Positions 17,733-28,374 of a stretch of 64,000 nt of DNA are shown one piece after another. Every line of letters begins with the position of its first letter. Positions within the stretch are counted from its first letter, which is position 1. The notes under the pieces were generated by a model. The model was given only the letters and a program-made list of their open reading frames with translations. It did no database searches and was not told where the DNA came from. This stretch comes from Oscillospiraceae bacterium (GTDB lineage: Bacteria > Bacillota > Clostridia > Oscillospirales > Ruminococcaceae): NCBI GenBank assembly GCA_051882595.1, contig JBJESD010000005.1, forward strand, positions 2,369 to 66,368. The letters run 5' to 3'. A program made the translations under genes and the position numbers.

Positions 17733-18827
17733 ATGAAACTAGGCATGGTAGGACTTCCTAATGTCGGTAAGAGTACGCTTTTCAATGCATTGACCAACGC
17801 AGGCGCAGAGTCTGCCAATTATCCGTTCTGCACAATAGAGCCGAATGTCGGCATAGTATCCGTCCCCGATGAGCGGCTTGATGTTCTGGCAGAGATGTAT
17901 AAGCCCGAAAAATTCACTCCCGCCACGCTGGAGTTCGTTGATATCGCAGGTCTTGTAAAGGGCGCTTCAAAGGGCGAGGGACTTGGCAACAAATTCCTCT
18001 CCAACATCCGCGAGGTGGACGCTATCGTCCATGTTGTCCGCTGCTTCAACGATGACAACATCATCCATGTTGACGGAAGCATCGGCGCGGCAAGAGATAT
18101 CGAAACCATCAATCTGGAGCTTATCTTCTCGGATATCGAGATACTTGAGCGCCGCCTTGACCGCACAAAAAAGCTGATGAAGGGCGACAAGAGCCTTCAG
18201 AAAGAGGTGGATTTCCTCGAGTCGCTTATCGCACACCTCAGCGACGGCAAGACCGCACGAAGCTACGACTTCTCCGACGACGAGCGCGAGATGATAAAAA
18301 CCTGCCCCCTGCTGTCGAACAAGCCCGTCATCTATGCGGCAAACCTGTCCGAGGCGGATTTCACCGGCGACATCAACAACAACGAGGAATACAGGGCTGT
18401 CTGCGCTATCGCTCAGGAGGAGCACGCCGAGGTTCTCCCCATATGCGCGCAGATAGAAGCGGAGATATCCGATATGAGCGACGAGGATAAGGCAATGTTC
18501 CTTGCAGACCTGAACCTTGAGCAGTCGGGTCTTGCCCGTATCATCAAGACGGGCTACCGTCTGCTGGGACTTATCTCCTACCTGACCGCAGGACCTCAGG
18601 AGGTGCGCGCATGGACTATCACAAACGGCACCAAGGCTCCCCAGGCGGCAGGAAAGATCCATACCGATTTTGAAAAGGGCTTCATCCGAGCAGAAATAGT
18701 TGCCTTTGACGACCTCGTTGCCTGCGGCAGTATGGCAGCAGCAAAGGAAAAGGGTCTTGTCCGCCTAGAGGGCAAGGAGTATGTTATGAAAGACGGAGAT
18801 GTAACGCTGTTCAGATTTAACGTATAA
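17733..18827 (+). CDS. ychF: Redox-regulated ATPase YchF
   Basis: MKLGMVGLPNVGKSTLFNALT P-loop, a TGS-like C-terminus, and typical length. Confidence 0.95.
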   Translation: MKLGMVGLPNVGKSTLFNALTNAGAESANYPFCTIEPNVGIVSVPDERLDVLAEMYKPEKFTPATLEFVDIAGLVKGASKGEGLGNKFLSNIREVDAIVHVVRCFNDDNIIHVDGSIGAARDIETINLELIFSDIEILERRLDRTKKLMKGDKSLQKEVDFLESLIAHLSDGKTARSYDFSDDEREMIKTCPLLSNKPVIYAANLSEADFTGDINNNEEYRAVCAIAQEEHAEVLPICAQIEAEISDMSDEDKAMFLADLNLEQSGLARIIKTGYRLLGLISYLTAGPQEVRAWTITNGTKAPQAAGKIHTDFEKGFIRAEIVAFDDLVACGSMAAAKEKGLVRLEGKEYVMKDGDVTLFRFNV

Positions 18828-18832
18828 TTACC

Positions 18833-19567
18833 ATGAATAAAGTCATAAGCAACAAAAACAGCAACAACAAAAAAGCGATGGCACTGTTTCTGGCACAGGT
18901 CTTTACCGGTGTTATGCCCGTGCTGCTGCTGGTCTTTTTTGTGTCCTTTAAGCTGTATGAGAAAAAGGAAACGGCGATCGTTTTCATCCTGCTTATCTTC
19001 TTTTGCAATATCCTTTATGTGGTGCTTGCGCGCAGATATAACGTCCTCTACTCCGGGCTTAAGGGTGAAAAGCGGCTGTACCGTGCCGTAAAAAGGCTCA
19101 GCGGAAACAATATTATCTTCCGCAATCTGCCGGTGAGATACAAAAGAGGCCGCTCCGAGCTTGACCTTCTGATAATATCCCACAGCGGTATTATTATTGT
19201 GGAGGTCAAAAATCACTCCGGCACAATAATCGGCGGCTGGAAATCCGACAAGTGGGTTCAGAAGAAGTACTACCGCGACGGCAAGCACTCTCAGCAGGAA
19301 ATCGACAACCCGATAAAGCAGATGCGCCGTCAGCGCGACATTGTGAAAAGCATACTCAGCGCCGCAGGCGAAAACATATGGATAGACACCGTGCTGTACT
19401 TCTCCTCGCCAAACGCAAAGCTAAGGCTCACCCTGCGCGAAAACGACTACGTCTGCTCAAGCGAGGAGGAGCTGCTGGAATTCCTTGAGGAATACCACGG
19501 CACAGAAACACTGTCGATGTCCCATATGCAAAAAATAGCCGGCATACTAAAGGCGCCGCGAAACTGA
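18833..19567 (+). CDS. Membrane-anchored NERD (nuclease-related) domain protein
   Basis: Two N-terminal TM segments. The NERD core is LDLLIISHSGIIIVEVKNHSG...NPIKQ. Confidence 0.7.
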   Translation: MNKVISNKNSNNKKAMALFLAQVFTGVMPVLLLVFFVSFKLYEKKETAIVFILLIFFCNILYVVLARRYNVLYSGLKGEKRLYRAVKRLSGNNIIFRNLPVRYKRGRSELDLLIISHSGIIIVEVKNHSGTIIGGWKSDKWVQKKYYRDGKHSQQEIDNPIKQMRRQRDIVKSILSAAGENIWIDTVLYFSSPNAKLRLTLRENDYVCSSEEELLEFLEEYHGTETLSMSHMQKIAGILKAPRN

Positions 19568-19866
19568 TTAAGCAGCTGCTTTGGTGCCGAGGCGCGCTGC
19601 ACGAAAAAGTCATGATATTCTCACCAAATTGATTTTTGGGGATTTGGTCAATTTTAATGAATTTTGTTAAATAGCCGATAGAATTATGTCAGATGTGTTT
19701 ACATATCTAAAAATATATGATATAATCAAAGTGTAGCGTTTACTATGCCATTTTAAGGCAATTATTCGCCGTAATTTATGTTCCGGGTAATTTATGCCGC
19801 AGAATATTAACATTTATATATTTGTTTATCCGCCCGGCGCGGATGGAAACGGGGGAGTATACACAC

Positions 19867-21786
19867 ATGAAAATCAAAACAATACTTGTTATTGCAGCGA
19901 TGTGCTTCGCTATCATTCCGATGATCATTTATGTTACTTGCGCAAATATCCTTTCAAGCAAGAACGGCGACGCGGAGTTCAATCGGCAGATATCAGAGCT
20001 TGTGCAGAATCAGGTGTACACAATAAATGCGTACCTTGACACCGTTCATGCGCAGACTGCTGCAATTGCAAATATGGCAGAGATAAAGGAAGCTGCTAAA
20101 GGAAAAGCCAACAATGCGGCAGGCAACATCCTTGTTACGCTTGCCGAAACCAACAAGGATATCAACAGCGCAGTGCTGGTGGATTCCAAGGGCGGTCTTA
20201 TCCTCGGCAGAGCACCAACCAATTCGCAGATAGACTTTGAAAAGCTGATTAAGTGCGAGGATGATGTGCTTTATGCTGTCGATACCTCGACAAAACTGAT
20301 GTTCGTCAAAACAAAGGTAGGATCCTCCTCACTGGTGGTGTTCTATAATGTCGCAGCCGATACCTTCCTCTGCAAGGTTCCCGCAAACAGCACCTTCTAC
20401 ACAGAGGGAAGCATCAGAGTAATCGTGCCTGCGCTTAATTCGGAATACATACTCATCAACGCAAGCGACCCCGGCGGAAGTTTTTCCAGATTCTCCGAGG
20501 ATGTCCAGACTCGCATAGCACAGCTTGGCGAGGGTCAGCTTTCCGAGCCCATTCTTTATGATGTAAAGGAAAACAACTTCACCGAAAAGAACATGGAGAT
20601 AATCCAGCGCGTCGGCGGTGCAAACGATCCGGTTATCATCGCAAGCTGCGCAGTCAAGTATGCCGGCGTATACGCCAACAAGGCAGTATCCACTGTAATA
20701 GTAGCTCTTGTTATCCTTGCAATACTCGCAATTGCAGGTGCTGTTACAACCTCCATAATGGTTACCAGACCTCTCGCTACCATTGAGGAAACGCTTATCA
20801 AGATCCATCGCGGCGACCACGAGGCTCGTATTACAACCGTAAGCAACAACGAGTATGGTCAGATCTCCCGTGCTTTCAATAACCTTGTGGACGAAATCGT
20901 AGTTTCCGAGGACAGATACAGAACTATCATAGAGATGTCCGACAATATCATCTTCGAGTGGAACTTCAAGTCCAACGAGGTATTCTTCTCCAATAACTTC
21001 AATAAGAAATTCAGCTATCGTGCTCCGTCCGACCACTTCGCGGACAGCTTCCTGCTTAAAGCAAAGCTCCACAGCGACGATTCAGAGCGCTACAAGGAGG
21101 ACCTTGAAAAGCTCGGCAACGGCGAGGAGTTCAAGGGCAACGAGTACCGTATGAAGAACATCTACGGCGACTTCATCTGGGTTCTTATGAGAACCGCTAC
21201 GCTGCGCGACAAGGAAGGCAACCCCTCCAAGATTGTCGGCGTTATCGTAGATATCGACCGTGCCAAGAAGAGCGAGCAGCAGCTCACAGCCCGTGCAAGC
21301 TATGATTCGCTTACATCCCTTTATAACAGAGAAACCGTTGAGAGCCAGATCAATAACGAGATCGCACTCTCCGAAGCGAGAAAATCCGAAATGGCGGTTC
21401 TGTTTGTTGACGTTGACGACTTCAAGCACTATAACGACCAGTACAGCCATGCGACAGGCGACCAGGTTCTCAAGTTTGTTGCCAGAACAGTCAACAGCGT
21501 TGTCGGCGAATACGGTTTCGCAGGCAGATACGGCGGCGATGAATTCATCGCCTGCATACGCAATGCAGAGCTTAACGACCCTGCACGCGCAGCACAGGAG
21601 ATCATTGCAAGACTTAACGAGGGCTTCAACTGCGACGGCGCTGAGCACCTTAAAATCAGCGTAAGTATCGGTATCGCAGTTATCAAGGATGACTACAACA
21701 CTCAGGTTGAGTTCCTTATCGGTAAAGCGGATGACGCGATGTACTCCGTTAAGAAGAGCGGTAAATCCAATTACGCTTTCATCTGA
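19867..21786 (+). CDS. Sensor diguanylate cyclase (Cache-like periplasmic domain, HAMP, PAS, GGDEF)
   Basis: GGGGGAG RBS. There is a TM-flanked extracytoplasmic domain, a HAMP segment, and an intact RYGGDEF active site. Confidence 0.9.
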   Translation: MKIKTILVIAAMCFAIIPMIIYVTCANILSSKNGDAEFNRQISELVQNQVYTINAYLDTVHAQTAAIANMAEIKEAAKGKANNAAGNILVTLAETNKDINSAVLVDSKGGLILGRAPTNSQIDFEKLIKCEDDVLYAVDTSTKLMFVKTKVGSSSLVVFYNVAADTFLCKVPANSTFYTEGSIRVIVPALNSEYILINASDPGGSFSRFSEDVQTRIAQLGEGQLSEPILYDVKENNFTEKNMEIIQRVGGANDPVIIASCAVKYAGVYANKAVSTVIVALVILAILAIAGAVTTSIMVTRPLATIEETLIKIHRGDHEARITTVSNNEYGQISRAFNNLVDEIVVSEDRYRTIIEMSDNIIFEWNFKSNEVFFSNNFNKKFSYRAPSDHFADSFLLKAKLHSDDSERYKEDLEKLGNGEEFKGNEYRMKNIYGDFIWVLMRTATLRDKEGNPSKIVGVIVDIDRAKKSEQQLTARASYDSLTSLYNRETVESQINNEIALSEARKSEMAVLFVDVDDFKHYNDQYSHATGDQVLKFVARTVNSVVGEYGFAGRYGGDEFIACIRNAELNDPARAAQEIIARLNEGFNCDGAEHLKISVSIGIAVIKDDYNTQVEFLIGKADDAMYSVKKSGKSNYAFI

Positions 21787-21810
21787 TGATGCTAATCGCA
21801 TAGTAAATCA

Positions 21811-21848
21811 AAAGGCACTTTTGAAGCAATTCAAAAGTGCCTTTTTTG
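21811..21848 (+). terminator. rho-independent terminator
   Basis: AAAGGCACTTTTGAA / TTCAAAAGTGCCTTT stem, GCAA loop, then TTTT. Confidence 0.8.
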
Positions 21849-21950
21849 TATGTGAGTTGCATTTTATAGCTGTTGTTATTCTCGAATTCCTTTAGCTCCG
21901 AAACACTGAGGCACTCTGCTACGCCATGCAGCGCCGTCGCACATCGGTCT

Positions 21951-22532
21951 TCACTTATACATAATGTTATCCGTATTCAGCTTGTCGTTGTAACCACAGT
22001 AGTAACCCAGCTGTGTGACGGCAGGGATAAGCATATAATATACCATCATAAACACCGGAAACAATATCGACATATTATCTATCTGCCTTAGCGAGGTAGG
22101 CACCCATACTTCATTTTCGGTGATAACAGCAGGAATGAATGTATTGACAAAGGGATAAGCGCTGCCGCTTACAAAGCGATACAGAAAAAGCGTATCCGCC
22201 GCCGGGAAAAACAGCTTGTTAAGCAGAAGCACCGCTGTCGGTAATGCCGCTACGGCAAACATGACCATTCCGATAAATACCCAGCGGAATTTCAGCGGCT
22301 TGTCCACTCTTTTGTTTTTGACAAGGCTGCGCTCCGCGGTGCCGTCCTTCCATGCAACGGTAAATACCAGCAGGTAAAACACAGCAGTACAGCAGAATAT
22401 GGAAATCGCATTTGTAAACAGGCTTACTCCGAACATGGCAAGCGCCATTGTCATTACCAGACACATTATATTGCCAAGAATGATATATCCTATTCCTGAT
22501 AGGGTAAGCGAGAAAAAGGATCTTCTTTTCAT
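21951..22532 (-). CDS. Polytopic membrane protein, unknown function
   Basis: AAAGGAG RBS and about 5 hydrophobic helices. No recognisable motif. Confidence 0.6.
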   Translation of the reverse strand: MKRRSFFSLTLSGIGYIILGNIMCLVMTMALAMFGVSLFTNAISIFCCTAVFYLLVFTVAWKDGTAERSLVKNKRVDKPLKFRWVFIGMVMFAVAALPTAVLLLNKLFFPAADTLFLYRFVSGSAYPFVNTFIPAVITENEVWVPTSLRQIDNMSILFPVFMMVYYMLIPAVTQLGYYCGYNDKLNTDNIMYK

Positions 22533-22653
22533 TTATGCTCCTTTCAATGATAATTTATCAGGCAGCACTGCAATGATGTTTTATTGCACTCATGAATAAT
22601 TGGTGCGAGCCTGAACAGAATACTTATATACTGAACGAAATGAGGTTTTCAAT

Positions 22654-23085
22654 ATGAACAGACAAAGCAACGAGATACTGAGAAGCGTATACCGTAATGC
22701 TGATATGGCATATGAAGCCAGTGGAGATGTGCTTAAGCACTGCAATAATGCGCGCCTCAGAGAAGAGATTTCCGCGGAGCGCAGCCGCTATAAAAGCGTA
22801 GCCTCGCAGGCACGCAGCGAGCTTTTGCGGCGCGGCAGCACGCCAAAGCCATACCCTGCACATATTAAAATGATGTCGAAAATGGGAATTGAGATGAAAA
22901 CCATGAAAGACAGCGATCCCCCGAAGCTGGCTGAGCTTATGGTGCGCGGCACGACAATGGGTATCATTGATATGCAGCACGCAGTCAACCGCTCAACAAA
23001 GGCTGATGAGCGCATTATCAGGGAGGCTGACGAGCTGCTTAAGTGCGAGCAGCAATTCTGCGACCGTCTGAAAAAGTATCTGTGA
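22654..23085 (+). CDS. Hypothetical helical protein (four-helix-bundle-like)
   Basis: GAGG RBS. The composition is coding-like. No diagnostic motif was recognised. Confidence 0.55.
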   Translation: MNRQSNEILRSVYRNADMAYEASGDVLKHCNNARLREEISAERSRYKSVASQARSELLRRGSTPKPYPAHIKMMSKMGIEMKTMKDSDPPKLAELMVRGTTMGIIDMQHAVNRSTKADERIIREADELLKCEQQFCDRLKKYL

Positions 23086-23222
23086 GCCGCGAGCCCTGCA
23101 CCGATTTCACCGTGTATGACATCGCTGTTAAGAACGGGATATCGGATGACGGATGCTCTGCGCAGCTTCTTCCCCGAAACACCACGCCTATCGTTGAGCT
23201 GGTAGCCGAAACAGGAGTATGA

Positions 23223-24020
23223 TCAATCCTTTTTCGCAGGATTAACGATGTTTCCGTTAACGATGTTGTCAAATACTATTTTAGCACGGCTGCGCTGTTC
23301 GGCGATGTTATTCTTATTGCCCGTCATATCCACAAAATCTCCGCGGATATACAGCCCCACGATATCGGGGCAGTCTGTCCAGCGCGCCTGCTCTGCAAAG
23401 CCTGTGGTGTTAAGCTGAAGTCCCTGTCCCTCATATAGAACAGCGTCGGGATACTCCTCCGAAAGATCAAGAAAGAACTGTATATCGTCGCTTTTGGCGA
23501 TCTCAGCGATTTTTTCTAGCATTCCGGTGTCGGTAATGTACATCTGACTGTCGCCGGTGTGCAGCTCTGCGGTGAATTTCATTCCCTCGGTGTTCGCATA
23601 GTCCGTCATAGGGTTTTCGTCCGAAATATTGATAAAGTTTATGCCGACATGGACATAGCCGTTTCCGTCAAAATCGGGGCAGTACCGCTCCAGCGCCTCT
23701 TCGATATCCACCTGTTTGGTATAGATCCTTGAAGCGTTCGTTGTGGATATCGCCAGAATATATAGGTCCTCTTTCTCCTTTGTGATCGTGTCGATCACCA
23801 TAAAGCCTACAAAAAACGCAATTACCGCAGCAGCGATAACATGCCATTTGTAGTGGTAGAAGAAGTTCTCTATTCCCTTTTTGCCGACCGGCTTTTCATA
23901 GTCGTGAGATATCTCGTAGTCCTCTACGACATCGCTCTCTTCGATGAGCCCCTGCTTAAGCTTAAGAAGCTCGCGCTTTTCGCGAAGCTTTTCTTGTTCA
24001 TCCTGATATTTACTTGCCAT
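23223..24020 (-). CDS. Single-pass membrane protein, unknown function
   Basis: GGGAGG precedes the ATG at 24020. It has a charged coiled N-terminus, one TM segment, and an extracytoplasmic domain. Confidence 0.6.
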   Translation of the reverse strand: MASKYQDEQEKLREKRELLKLKQGLIEESDVVEDYEISHDYEKPVGKKGIENFFYHYKWHVIAAAVIAFFVGFMVIDTITKEKEDLYILAISTTNASRIYTKQVDIEEALERYCPDFDGNGYVHVGINFINISDENPMTDYANTEGMKFTAELHTGDSQMYITDTGMLEKIAEIAKSDDIQFFLDLSEEYPDAVLYEGQGLQLNTTGFAEQARWTDCPDIVGLYIRGDFVDMTGNKNNIAEQRSRAKIVFDNIVNGNIVNPAKKD

Positions 24021-24114
24021 TAAAACCTCCCGTGGATAGCTGTTGAATAACCACTTGCCGCAGTTTGTAATCATACAGCCGCCGCATTGAATTGCGGCGG
24101 CTGCAATAAATTAA

Positions 24115-25617
24115 TCAAATAGGTCTCATTGTCGGGAACAGCAGGACATCCCTTATGCTTGCGGAATTTGTAAGCAGCATAACAAGTCTGTCGAAGCCGA
24201 AGCCAAGTCCGCCCGTCGGGGGCAGACCGTATTCCAGAGCGGTGATGAAATCCTCGTCAACCTGTGCGTCGTTTCCGCCCTGTGCTCTCTTTGCTGCAAC
24301 CTGCTTTACGAAACGGTCGCGCTGGTCAAGAGGATCGTTTAGCTCAGAGAACGCATTGCCGAACTCCGTTCCGTTGATGAAGTACTCGAAGCGCTCGGTG
24401 AATGCAGGGAAATCCGGCTTTCTCTTTGCGAGCGGAGAATTCTCCACCGGATAATCGTAGATGATAGTCGGCTGAATAAGCTTGTCCTCTACAAAAGCCT
24501 CGAAGAATGCGATAAGTACATGACCCTTTGTTGAGTTCTCATCAAGCTCGTCCTCGATGTGGTGCTCCTTTGCGCAGGCTCTTGCCGCAGCGTCGTCTGC
24601 CCAGTCGTAGTAGTCAACGCCTGCATACTTCTTAACGGCGTCGATCATTGTAAGGCGTTCCCACGGCTTGCCCACAGCGATATCGTGTCCCATGTAGGGA
24701 ACGGTGTCTGTGCCGCAGACCTTAAGCGTAACCGTTCTGTAAAGATCCTCGATAAGGTCCATCATTCCGAAGTAGTCGGTGTACGCCTGATACATCTCGA
24801 TGGAGGTGAACTCGGGGTTATGGGTAGCGTCCATGCCCTCGTTGCGGAAGATGCGTCCTACCTCGTAGACCTTATCAAATCCGCCGACGATAAGGCGCTT
24901 GAGGTACAGCTCGGTTTCAATGCGCATATACATATCAATATCGAGTGCGTTGTGATGCGTCTTGAAAGGACGCGCAGCAGCGCCTATCTCAAGCGTATGC
25001 AGCACGGGAGTATCCACCTCGAGATATCCGTGAGAGTCAAGGAAGCTTCTTATCTCGCGCAGGATAAGCGAGCGCTTTACAAAGGTATCCTTGTTCTCGG
25101 GGTTTGCAATAAGGTCAAGATAGCGCTTTCTGTAACGCTCCTCCTTATCCTTAAGACCGTGCCACTTCTCGGGCAGCGGAAGCAGGGACTTGGACAGCAG
25201 CGTGATCTCCTCTGCATGAACGGAGATCTCACCCATCTTTGTGCGGAATACCTTGCCCTTTACGCCAACGATATCGCCAAGATCCCACTTCTTGAACTCG
25301 GCATAGGTCTCCTCGCCGACATCGTCCTTTCGTACATATACCTGCATTCTGTCAGAGCCGTCGCGCACATCAATGAAGCTTGCCTTGCCCATGATACGGC
25401 GGGACATCATTCTGCCCGCAATAGCCACCTCGGTATTTTCAAGCTCGTCAAAGCGGTCGCGTATCTCGTTATTCATGATGGATACATCATATTTTGTAAT
25501 GGTATAGGGATCCTTGCCGGCATCCTTCAGGGCAGCAAGCTTTTCAAGCCTTACGCGGTGCTGTTCGTCAAGCTCCTCCGCGGTAAGCTCTGTCATCTCT
25601 GTCTGTTCTTCTGCCAT
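24115..25617 (-). CDS. lysS: Lysine--tRNA ligase (class II)
   Basis: 500 aa with an OB anticodon-binding N-domain and class II motifs (FRNEG, GGLGFGFDRLVM). Confidence 0.97.
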   Translation of the reverse strand: MAEEQTEMTELTAEELDEQHRVRLEKLAALKDAGKDPYTITKYDVSIMNNEIRDRFDELENTEVAIAGRMMSRRIMGKASFIDVRDGSDRMQVYVRKDDVGEETYAEFKKWDLGDIVGVKGKVFRTKMGEISVHAEEITLLSKSLLPLPEKWHGLKDKEERYRKRYLDLIANPENKDTFVKRSLILREIRSFLDSHGYLEVDTPVLHTLEIGAAARPFKTHHNALDIDMYMRIETELYLKRLIVGGFDKVYEVGRIFRNEGMDATHNPEFTSIEMYQAYTDYFGMMDLIEDLYRTVTLKVCGTDTVPYMGHDIAVGKPWERLTMIDAVKKYAGVDYYDWADDAAARACAKEHHIEDELDENSTKGHVLIAFFEAFVEDKLIQPTIIYDYPVENSPLAKRKPDFPAFTERFEYFINGTEFGNAFSELNDPLDQRDRFVKQVAAKRAQGGNDAQVDEDFITALEYGLPPTGGLGFGFDRLVMLLTNSASIRDVLLFPTMRPI

Positions 25618-26108
25618 TATTCTTCGTCCTCCTTCTTGCTTATCTCGAGTATCTCAAACTGGATCACGCCCGAGGGAGTTTCAACGTCAACTACCTCGCC
25701 GATTTTGTGACCGATAAGAGCGGCGCCGATAGGCGACTCGTCGGACATCTGACCCTTGTCGATGTTTGCTTCGCTTGTACCGACGATCTGGAACTCCATC
25801 CTCTCATCCATCTCAATATCGAGGATGGTGACAACCGTACCGATACCAACCTTTTCTGTCGTGATATCGTCTGCATCAATAACCTGAGCGTGCGCAAGCG
25901 TTGCTTCGATCTCCGCAATTCGGGACTCTACCAGACCCTGTTCGTTTTTCGCCTCGTCGTACTCGCTGTTCTCGGAAAGGTCGCCGAACGAGAGCGCAAC
26001 CTTGATTTTCTCGGCTACCTCACGGCGCTTTACGGTTTTGAGCTGTTCGAGCTCGGCTTCAAGCTTGGCTACTCCATCTTTTGTCAATACAGTAATGGGT
26101 TTGTTCAT
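25617..26108 (-). CDS. greA: Transcription elongation factor GreA
   Basis: 163 aa with a coiled-coil N-terminus. The SFGDLSENSEYDEAK motif is present. TAATG overlap with lysS. Confidence 0.95.
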   Translation of the reverse strand: MNKPITVLTKDGVAKLEAELEQLKTVKRREVAEKIKVALSFGDLSENSEYDEAKNEQGLVESRIAEIEATLAHAQVIDADDITTEKVGIGTVVTILDIEMDERMEFQIVGTSEANIDKGQMSDESPIGAALIGHKIGEVVDVETPSGVIQFEILEISKKEDEE

Positions 26109-26174
26109 ATTGTGTTGTCCTCCAATGATGTTTTTAATCTTAATATACGGTTTTTAGCCGATAAATCTGCTGTA

Positions 26175-27368
26175 TTATGAAGAAGACGCAGAAAGTATTT
26201 CTATCGCCTTCTGAAGCTGAGAGTCTATCTCATAAGTGAGGTTTTCGGGAAGTGCGTCGACATTAAGCTCCGCGATATAGTTCGGCTTTATTCCGGTTCC
26301 CTCCCATGTGCCCGACTTTGAAAGGTAGACTCTGGCAGTCGAGATGGTCAGTGCACTGCCGTCGGAAAACTCATAAGTGTTTTGCAGCAGGGCTTTGCCC
26401 ATGGTCTGCGTTCCTACGATAACCGCGCCGTATTCGTCGCGAAGCGCCCCGGCAAAAAGCTCGGCGGCAGAGGCAGTGCCGCTGTCAACCAAAACAGCGG
26501 TTGGCAGATCAACTACCGTTCCGGCTTCGGTTTCTACAATTGCCTTGCGGCTGCCATCCGCGTATTCCGCAGTAGCAATTATGGCAGAAGACACAAAACG
26601 GTTAAGCATCGGCTTAAGTGCGGATGTTACGCCGCCTGCGTTGCGCCTGAGGTCGATAACCAGCGATTTTGCTCCCACCGCTGTCATAGAATTAAGAACG
26701 TTACCGAATTGCTCTGCCGTTTTTGCATTGAACGAAGTGATACGAATATAGGCGATATCGTTGTCGAGTATCTGACCTGTTACGGATTCTATCTCCAGCT
26801 GCTGACGTATAAGGTTTACCGCCACAGCTTCTCCCTCGCGCAGTATCTTTAGAGAAATACGCGTGCCTACCTCGCCGGAAAGCTTGTCGGCGGCGGTACC
26901 CGGCTCCATAGAAAGCAGGCTTTTTCCGTCGATATCCGTGATGATGTCCCCGACCTTTACTCCTGCTATGTCAGCAGAGCTTCCGCTGTAAACGGTGGTT
27001 ACTTTAAGATAGCCGCTGCCGTCGTCCTCTGCTTCAAAGCCTGCGCCCAGAATAACGCCGTTGTTGGTCTGCTGTATCTCATAGTATGCAGAGCCGGTCA
27101 TATAGCTGGCGTATTTATCTCCGAGACCTGCGATATATCCGTTTATCGCCGACGCCTCTACGGCATCCTCGCTGAAGCTGCCAATGTAATTGGTTCTGAC
27201 CGCCGCGTCTATCTCGCGCAGCTTTGCATACATACCCTCGTATTTCTCGGCTGTTCCGATTTTCGAATTATACACCTTGAGCGAAACCGCCCATGTCAGA
27301 ACAAAGGTTATGGCACAGCCGATAGCAACAAGGCTTATCGCCACACCCAGTGAAATCTTCTTGTTCAA
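26175..27368 (-). CDS. S41-family C-terminal processing peptidase with PDZ domain
   Basis: N-terminal TM anchor, a PDZ domain (GVKVGDIITDIDG), and S41 core motifs (GGVTSA...GTASAAE). Confidence 0.9.
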   Translation of the reverse strand: MNKKISLGVAISLVAIGCAITFVLTWAVSLKVYNSKIGTAEKYEGMYAKLREIDAAVRTNYIGSFSEDAVEASAINGYIAGLGDKYASYMTGSAYYEIQQTNNGVILGAGFEAEDDGSGYLKVTTVYSGSSADIAGVKVGDIITDIDGKSLLSMEPGTAADKLSGEVGTRISLKILREGEAVAVNLIRQQLEIESVTGQILDNDIAYIRITSFNAKTAEQFGNVLNSMTAVGAKSLVIDLRRNAGGVTSALKPMLNRFVSSAIIATAEYADGSRKAIVETEAGTVVDLPTAVLVDSGTASAAELFAGALRDEYGAVIVGTQTMGKALLQNTYEFSDGSALTISTARVYLSKSGTWEGTGIKPNYIAELNVDALPENLTYEIDSQLQKAIEILSASSS

Positions 27369-27468
27369 ATATACTTATCCTCTCTTAGCTGCAAATAAGT
27401 CTGTACCGCAAAGCCGGATGCCTGCGGAATAATATACGGCACCGACCTTATCCCGGCTGTCCGTGTTT

Positions 27469-28374
27469 TTATACCTTCACATATTTTCCCATGCTGATAA
27501 CAGTACCGGTTGCGCCAAGCAGGGCGCCCGCAGCACAGTTTATTGCAAGCACGATCCACCTGATATCCTCAAACGGGATAAGGTTGAAAAAGCCGAACAT
27601 CTGCCAGAGGGTTATATCTCCCTCGCTGAAAAGCTTGAAAACCGAGTTGTAGAAGAACCATGTTATTCCCCACGAAGCCACACCGGAAATCATGCCGATA
27701 AACATTCCCTCCACAAAGAACGGCGCCTTGATAAAGCCGTTTGTAGCGCCGACATAGCGCATTATGCTTATCTCGTTGCGCCTTGCATACACGCTGGAGC
27801 GTATGGTGTTGTTGACAATTACAATGCTGACGCCGATAAGCACCAGAAGCACCACAAGGGCGATAAGTGAGAATGTATTGCGTATATTTACAAGCACGCC
27901 TGCGAAATTATAGGGCGCTTTTACCTTTTCGACTCCGTCTATTTCAGATAATACATTAACAATGTGACGAATTCTTGTCAGATCTGTGACGCGCACCATA
28001 AAAGTTTCCGGCATCGGATTTTCCGCAAGGCTGTCAAGCAGCTCGGAGTACTCCGCCATGTCCTCTCTGAAGGACTCCAGCGCCTCTTCTTTCGTGATGT
28101 GACGAACCTCGGTAAGCTCGTCGTTGTTCTCCAGGGTGTTTCTGATATTGGTCACCTGCGCGTCCGAAACGTCCTCCTTGAGATACACCGCGATCTCGTT
28201 GGTGTTTTCGATGTTGCCCATGATGATATTTACATTTACCATCAGAAGCGCTGTGCAGCTTATCAGCAGCAGGCTTACAGTGAGAATACTGAAGCTCGCA
28301 AGCGACATGATGAAATTCTTCCATACCGAAGATATACCTTTTTTTACAAGGTATGTGACATTACTCGTCCTCAT
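27469..28374 (-). CDS. ftsX: Cell-division ABC transporter permease FtsX
   Basis: The GGAGG-ATG at 28374 overlaps the end of ftsE. It has 4 TM segments with a large extracellular loop, and the C-terminus is typical. Confidence 0.9.
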   Translation of the reverse strand: MRTSNVTYLVKKGISSVWKNFIMSLASFSILTVSLLLISCTALLMVNVNIIMGNIENTNEIAVYLKEDVSDAQVTNIRNTLENNDELTEVRHITKEEALESFREDMAEYSELLDSLAENPMPETFMVRVTDLTRIRHIVNVLSEIDGVEKVKAPYNFAGVLVNIRNTFSLIALVVLLVLIGVSIVIVNNTIRSSVYARRNEISIMRYVGATNGFIKAPFFVEGMFIGMISGVASWGITWFFYNSVFKLFSEGDITLWQMFGFFNLIPFEDIRWIVLAINCAAGALLGATGTVISMGKYVKV

